Positions 57,164 through 64,000 of a DNA stretch of 64,000 nucleotides are shown here, piece after piece (position 1 is the first letter of the stretch; every line of letters begins with the position of its first letter). The stretch comes from Phyllosticta citribraziliensis. Lineage: Eukaryota. Both the position numbers and the translations under genes were made by a program. A model generated the notes under the pieces. The model was given only the letters and a program-made list of their open reading frames with translations. It searched no databases and was not told the origin of the DNA. The stretch covers positions 930,001-994,000 of the forward strand of contig NW_027117347.1 in NCBI RefSeq assembly GCF_038025025.1. The letters run 5' to 3'.

Positions 57164-60100
57164 CTTGTCCTTTGCTCGTTCCTCTGCTCTTGTGTTCTTT
57201 CTCTGGTTGGTGGATTGCTTTATGTGGAGGTTGAAGAGGACTTGTGTGTGGTTTGAGGGCCAGTGTGTCGATATATATCAAGTCTCTTCTGTGGCTGTGG
57301 GGTCGAGTTGTTGGATGCAGATTGTGAAGAGATGAAGAGCAGAGTCGACCGCCAGCGGCAGCGCTATGCCGTCGAAGAGAAGAATGAGCAACGGAGTGGA
57401 GGAATCGAGCCAACAATGAGCACCAGACCGCCTCTCGCCTCGTCGAAATCTCTAAATACCGTCAGACAATCCAGTACAGACACGACGCACTCTCAGACCA
57501 CAAGCAAGAAGAGCAGTCAGCCAGTCCACTTACCAATGCCTCCTTCACCCAGACTCCCTTTGATCTCTTCTCCTCAAGCAAACAGACCACCAATGCAACC
57601 CACCAAATTCAGATTCAAGATCAATTCGTAATTGTAGGCGTGTGGATAGATGCTGAGAATCAAAACGCGTCTACAACTGCCCCGGCACGTCGACATAATA
57701 AACGCGTCGACTAGCTCGCCCCCCTCCTCATCACGCGCGTCATCCCAGCCGACACCGCTGCCGCTGCCGGAGCCGCTGCCGCCGCCGCCGCCATCATCTT
57801 CGCAGCCGATACGATTCATCATCATTGGCGCTGGCTGGCTGCTGAGCTGCTGAGCCGCTGCCGGAGCCGCTCCATCCGTCGCCTCTCGGCAAGCCGCCTG
57901 GCCTGGCTGCCAGCTGTCACTCGGGCGGGACGCGTGAGCAGGGAGGTCGGGACGGGCATTGGACCGCGGACGGGGACGGGGACGGGAACGGCGGCGCCCA
58001 GTTGCGCGTGCTGCGCCGCTCCGCGGTGCGCCGGACGCGGTGGGTGCCTGGGTGCTTTGCGCAAAGATGGCGCGTGGGCGGTGGGTGTTGTTGGGGTGGG
58101 TTGCGTGGCGCGTGCTTGATTAACTGGTCAGGGTTATTGGGTGGGAGTGCTTTGGAGAGGGGGAGAGAGAGAGTCGGGGCGCGTGTATTGAGGGACGGCA
58201 GGCAGATGATGGGGTTTGTGGTGTTGGTATTGTGGACTTTGGCAATTGACATGGGACGGTTTTGAAAGTAGATTTTTCCGGACGAGGTTTAGAAGTGGAG
58301 AATTTCACAGACAGCAATGAGTTGACGTGGATTTGGAAGCATGCCAGTTTCAACGGATGGCTGTCAACATTCATTCGCGGCTCTACGCCTCCCTTCACGG
58401 CAAGACTGGAGAGAGAAATCGCAGGCAAGTTTAGGGCGAAGATGTTTCATTCGCGGTGGACTAAGATCCCATCCATCCAAGACACTTCAGGGCATTGACT
58501 TGAACGAGAGGAGAACCAGACAGAAAAAGAAGCAACTCCAAACACCTGACCAACCTACCGCCAACTCAACAAACACATCCAACGAAAACATACCCCAACT
58601 CGGTGCCTGCCGCCCCGACACGCCACACTCAGAGCGTTGAGACAGCAGAGCTCGCCGTTGTGCTTTTGCTCAAAGCAAAGAAGTCCGAATGAGGGAATCC
58701 ATCTCTTATTCGGGCCAGGACGTTATTGACTTGAGAGCACGACGTCGCGTCAGGCGCGCCTCTGCAAAAACGAGACAGCGGGAAAAAGAACTGCCAAGGA
58801 CATGGGTGGGCGGGTCATGTGAGGTCTTGGTGTGACCAAGGAGCGGGAAGGGCGTCTGGAGAAGCGGAGCGCAGAGGGCAAGACAGGCTGAAGACGATCA
58901 AGGGAGAAGACTTCGATGAGGACTCTGGAAATGTGGTGGTGAAAACACTCTAGGCGCATGCGACTGAGGCTGGTTCTCGCAGCGAGATGAAAGTCTAGAC
59001 TGTCCTATAATGATGACAAGTGATTTGCAAGAGTGGAAAAGGGATGAAGAAAAAGCAATGCAGTGGCAGATGCAGCAAAGGTGTTCGCGCAGTGCGACGC
59101 AAAGGTCACTTTCGTTCCACCGCCTGGCACAAGCCGCAGCGAAAAAGCAAAAGACGAAAATTGGCAAAGACGGGGGGCTCACGAAAACCCCCAGAAAAAA
59201 GCGGTACCCGCTGGGCCGGTGTTTGTAAACACACGGCAAGCAGATCTTTCAAGACGTCGATACAAGCTCACGGTCGGAATTGGCATTCTCGATCCATTGA
59301 TGATGTATGACGATGATGTGCGCCCAACGACGATCCCGGATAGACGATTTCGCACGCGTTTGATGGAAATCGAACATGGTTAAAAAGTAAAGTCGATGTT
59401 TGCGCGATATTCGCAAAGTTTGTCGCGTCCTTGCACTGTTGGATGGGCGACTGGCAAAATGGAGAGCAGAGAGCAAATGGTAGACTTTGAGGGGGGAGTA
59501 GACCGAGACACGGGCCGTGGAGGAGAAGATGTCTCGAGGGGGCGGCAAATCGGCGATGCAGCATCAGCCCTGCCGATGTGGGCGGAGACGACGGGAGGGA
59601 GGGAGGGAGGAAGGGAGAGGGACGAACGGCCCACGGGTCGCTGCTCGTGGCCGGCCGGCTTGCAGTTCCGGATCAAGGAGTTGGACGGATGACTGATTCA
59701 GTCACGTCTCAGCTTCACGTGCGGCGGGCTTGCGCAAGGAGGAGGAAGCCAAAGTGCAGAGTTTGACAAGGATGGACCTGTGGCTTCATGTCGATTCGAT
59801 CTGGGGCCCCACGCGCCTCGACGATTTATCCGGAAGACGCGTTGTTTGGCAAGTCAAAGGTTGAAGATGGCCGAGGATCGCGTCACGGGCAGGGCCAGAC
59901 TCGAGAAAAGAAGCATCGCACGGACAGCGACCCTGAGGATCGCCATGGGTTGGGCGGTGCAATAAGCGTCGGGAGCTGCACGAAATGAGCATCAAAACAA
60001 AGACACGAGGTGTGAGTGGCTTAGAGGACGACGCGGTGCAACCAGACGAGGAGGGCTCCCTGGCCGTCGTAAGACGACGCGTTCGACTGGCGACGGCATT

Positions 60101-62126
60101 GGCGGCCACGTAGGCGCAGCATGTCGCTCGTAGCCGAACACGACTTCAGCCACGGGGATTCGTTCAGCACGGGGGTTTGATCAGTGTCGGAGGATACAGT
60201 GGCAGAGTGAGCTGTTATCTGAGGTGGCGATTTGGACGGGTTGGGGTAGCTGGACGAGTGCGTGGTAAAGGTGACGGTGTAATCCAAGACGGGGTTATTT
60301 TTGGAGCGAAACGGGAGGCCCCACCAATGGAGGTGGTAAATTACAGCTAGTCCCGTTTGGAGGCGGGCTTCAGCCACGGGGGCCGTGTCGGTGTCGAGGA
60401 GAACAAGTGCGGTGGGCGATCTGCTTGGGCCAAGTCGATCATGTCATGACGATATGGAGCAGCCAAAGATTGAAGCAATACGGCAAGCAAGTACATGGGC
60501 GGGCATGAGGCTGGCCATGCGTCGTGGAACGCCGCTAGGGACCCGCCGTCGTCCCCGCTGGCAGGGTCTTGATGCAGGCCGTCAAGCGCAGGAGGAGCAT
60601 TGCTAGCAGATGCGACGTTGATGGAAAAAGACGCGACGGGCGCGCGACACGCGTTGGATCGGCGGGCGGTCGGTGAGGTGAGTGGAGAGAGCGGAGGAGC
60701 AGCACAGCACGGCCTCTGAAGTCGACGACCACCTCAGTCTTGCCGACGATGAGGGGATTGGGGATGAGGGCGGACGAGGAGACATGCAGACCGGGGCCCA
60801 TGGCTTCACACTCTCACTGCATGCAACGGCCGTGGCGTCCGTGTGAGCTGGCGGCAGACTCGAGGGCACACTGCAGATGTTCCTGCCTGGGACTGGCCAG
60901 AAGCGGACAGGAGTAAACAAACAACGGCCATGGCTTCATCAGGTCTGCTCTGGGCTCCGTCTTGATGGCCACGGGCGCAGCCAGGACCAGGGCGGAGCTG
61001 GGGTGGTGAATCGAGCGGCGACGACGACGATGATGCAGAGGAGAGTAAGGTACTGTAAGTAGACAAGGGCTTGACTGACTTGACTGACTTGGGCCAGCCC
61101 AGGGAAGGAGCGACCTGACCTGAGTGCGGGCGGCGGGGCGCTCGGGCCATCAGGCGCCAACTGCTAATTGGTGGACAGCCTGGTGCCCTGCCCTGGTGCC
61201 CTGGTGCTACTACTTACTAGTCACTGGCACCCACCCGACTCCTCTCCCTCCCGCGCCTGCCTGCCTCTTGCCTGTCGCCGCTGTCTACCTCCACTGCCTG
61301 CTCGCGTCTTCTCTGCCCTGCCCTGCCCTGCCCGTTCTTCACCACCAACCTCCCCTCCTTCAACCCTCACCACCGCCCTCCCACCACACCGCCGCCGTCG
61401 TCGCCTGCCGTCCCTCTGCCCTCCTCGCCTTCGCCTTCGACCTCGACTCGCGAAAGCATGCCGACGCTTGCCTCTTGATCCTTCGTCGCATGTAGCTCTG
61501 CTGCGTCGCCGCCCGACCCTGTTTGCGCCCTCGTCCACCCCAACACCGTCCTCGCCCACCACCCTCGGTCCCCTAGCCCGCTTCCATAGCGCGCGCCCAC
61601 CCGACTACCACTTCAATCACTTCCCGACCTTCCGTGGACCCCGACCGACGCTTGCGCGCGCAGCCGTCGCAACTACACTCCTTACGCTACCCTCGCTCCA
61701 TCGCTCTCCTGTCACTGAATCCACCTCATCTGGCGTAGCTTGGGACTGCTTCGACTCGATTGCGCCACTCTTACGCGACCCTTTAGCCTGTTTTCTGTCG
61801 ACCAAAACAATCGCGACGTCTTGCGCTGCCATCGAGAAATCGCCTCCCGAGCTCGAGCTCCACCGAGACCCGGATTGACCAGCGCTGCTGCTTCCCCAGC
61901 CGCTGCTAATTTGACGCTTTACGTCCTCATTGGCCTTTTTAATCCATTTGCCTTGCGGAATCGTTTCCGACCCTGGAATCCGCTCTGCAAGGAGTCTTTG
62001 CCAACTCTCGGCTACGCGACCACCATCCGTGCGCCCTTGTATTGTTGTCGACAATCAAGGGAGAAAAACACAATCTCCGACGCTTGATTCCTTACCGGGC
62101 ACTCTGTATATCTGGAATCCGCAACC

Positions 62127-64000
62127 ATGCCGCCCGTTCGTCCCCACCTCTCGGTGACGCTGCCCAAGAACTTCACCTTCCACTACACCGACGGCTGCCT
62201 TCCCAAGACACCAGAGCCCGAAGACAAAGACGAGCCTACCGAGCCTCCTCAGATTCCTCGCCAAGCATACCGCGTCCGAAGGCGCAGACGAGCTCTGCCC
62301 GCCTACGCCCCCACCAACTTTACCTACGCGTCGAGAGACATTCCGATTCCCACGATAGACGCCCCGGACCCCGAGACGGACGCGACTTTTGCTCGTTTTG
62401 AGACGCCGTCCGATCCTGAGGACGGCTTCCTCAAGCCCGCTCCTACCTTGCGCCCCATTTCCCCGCCCAAGACGCCAGTCGGGCAGATCGGGATGAGCCC
62501 CAGCGATCTGGGCTCTTTCGATTCTGATCTCGACAACCTCGCTCAGGCCGAGTTCATCAGCAGGCCTTCTTCATCATGCTCTGGCATTTCCGACTCTTCC
62601 ATCTCGTCTCGCGACAGCATGGGCTCGTCTGATTCGACTGGTAGCTGCACGAGCCCCGAAAGCGACTCCTCGGATCCCTTTGTTTTTCCAGACTCCAAGA
62701 TTGCCAGAGCCTTTCCTTCGTCGCCCCTCGAGGCCTACAATGAGCGTCCGGCGAAACGCATGAAGACGCGCAAAGATGCCGTTTGGACCAAGGCCATGGA
62801 TGATCACCTCTGGTTCACCTACATGCGGTGTCTGCAGGATCCCATGGTCACGCCTTTCAAGATGCTGCCAGGAACAGTTCCTCCCCTTGGAATTTGTGCT
62901 CGCGTCGCGCGCGAAGCCAAAAAATCATGGAAATCCAGTCCAGCCTCGAGGAGCACCGTGGCATCTCCCGACGCTTCGCGGGACTCTCGGAGCGGCAGTG
63001 ACACCACCCCGACCCTGCTGAGAGTTCCCAAGCCCGGCTCCAAGTGGCCTCGTTCCGAAGCCGCGGCACGTGGCAGATTGAGGAAGCTCTGCAAGCGCCA
63101 GCCAACGCTTGCTGCTCACTACCAGCGCCTTCTTCGGACTCGCACCCCATCTCCGTTTCCTTCTTCTTCCCCTCAGACTGTCTCCAGTGCGGGCCCAGCT
63201 CCGATGAATGCATACACGGATCGCAAGCCGTCCGAGTCGTTGTCCTTCTCCACCCGCGACATGAGCGTCTCCTTGACCACAAGTACCTCGACAATGATGC
63301 AAGTTGGAAATCCTCTGCATGCCCTGGCCACCGAGAGCACACCGCAAGGCAGCGAAACTTTTGCATCTCAGCAAAGCCCTCGCTCCCACACTCATCAAAA
63401 GAGCCAATCCCTCCAGTTTGGATCTGGACTCGGCAGTCCCATGTCTCTTGAATCATCCAAGCCAACGCTTGCGTCGCCTTTTTCAGCAACTTCGTCCAAG
63501 AGCCAATGCGGCAGCTTCTCGCCCGAGGCTTGCAGGCCCGTGTCTCAACCTCTTCCCAGGTTGGATCCCCCGGTGGAACTGCATGCGCCTGTACCAATCA
63601 CTCGGTCTTTCAAGCGGAGAGCTCAGCAGTATTTGGAAGACATGGCCAATGCTGAAAACATCAACAGTGGTGGCCAGAACTTCCTGCAGCAACTTTTTGG
63701 TGCAACTGCTGAAATCAGCCACCGCCGGGTGCGTAGTCGCGGGTTCAGCCTCGGTGACATGGATGGCGGTGCTCGGCAGCTGTCGTCCCTGTTCACGCCA
63801 CCGGCTTCGTTCGACCAAGCGGACGACACCATGATGGGCACGGAGCCGACAGACCAAAGCTTCCTAGCGCCGCCCACCGAGGCCGATCCTGAACGGCGCC
63901 TAGGTTCTCCCTTTGGCGGAAAGTCATCAAACAACTTCAGCACGTTTCCTCGCATGTCTGCCCCGAATCGCGTCTTTGAACAGTCGGCGACGTTTGAGGA
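62127..64000 (+). CDS. Ser/Pro-rich fungal protein of unknown function with a Myb/SANT-like W motif, 3'-partial
   Basis: ATG in a caaccATG context (MPPVRPHLSVTLPKNFTFHY). The frame appears open to the window end, so it is absent from the ORF track. It contains WTKAMDDHLWFTYMRCLQDPMVTPF...PPLGICARVAREAKKSW and KWPRSEAAARGRLRKLCKR. Confidence 0.8.
   Translation, partial: MPPVRPHLSVTLPKNFTFHYTDGCLPKTPEPEDKDEPTEPPQIPRQAYRVRRRRRALPAYAPTNFTYASRDIPIPTIDAPDPETDATFARFETPSDPEDGFLKPAPTLRPISPPKTPVGQIGMSPSDLGSFDSDLDNLAQAEFISRPSSSCSGISDSSISSRDSMGSSDSTGSCTSPESDSSDPFVFPDSKIARAFPSSPLEAYNERPAKRMKTRKDAVWTKAMDDHLWFTYMRCLQDPMVTPFKMLPGTVPPLGICARVAREAKKSWKSSPASRSTVASPDASRDSRSGSDTTPTLLRVPKPGSKWPRSEAAARGRLRKLCKRQPTLAAHYQRLLRTRTPSPFPSSSPQTVSSAGPAPMNAYTDRKPSESLSFSTRDMSVSLTTSTSTMMQVGNPLHALATESTPQGSETFASQQSPRSHTHQKSQSLQFGSGLGSPMSLESSKPTLASPFSATSSKSQCGSFSPEACRPVSQPLPRLDPPVELHAPVPITRSFKRRAQQYLEDMANAENINSGGQNFLQQLFGATAEISHRRVRSRGFSLGDMDGGARQLSSLFTPPASFDQADDTMMGTEPTDQSFLAPPTEADPERRLGSPFGGKSSNNFSTFPRMSAPNRVFEQSATFE

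Noticed and set aside
57574..58428. Minus-strand Pro/Arg-rich ORF fragments
   Set aside because: Low complexity, and no coherent gene model could be built. An orphan gene cannot be excluded.

Overview
Filamentous ascomycete DNA: GC-rich genes with short GT-AG introns and CTRAC branch points. A Dothideomycete-like host is an inference. Conserved genes on the flanks: REV1, a DUF1772 protein, a Reb1/Nsi1-like Myb protein, an MFS transporter, a TBC Rab-GAP, an SDR, a secreted GH43, a RED-like protein, an Amt/Mep ammonium permease, a Sas2-like MYST acetyltransferase and several unknowns. Between the RED-like gene and the permease (about 32.4-46.8 kb) lies an accessory-looking block around an intron-containing tRNA-Val(AAC). 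It holds an A-T-TE NRPS-like enzyme divergent from a LovD/beta-lactamase-family gene, a GNAT, a possible Zn2Cys6 relic, and a patatin with an unusual C-terminal domain. The strongest candidate for novelty is a tandem pair of intact Ty1/copia Gag-like genes with no visible pol or LTRs, each preceded by an apparent 5'-UTR intron. These look like domesticated capsid genes. All family calls come from motif recognition by eye; no searches were run.
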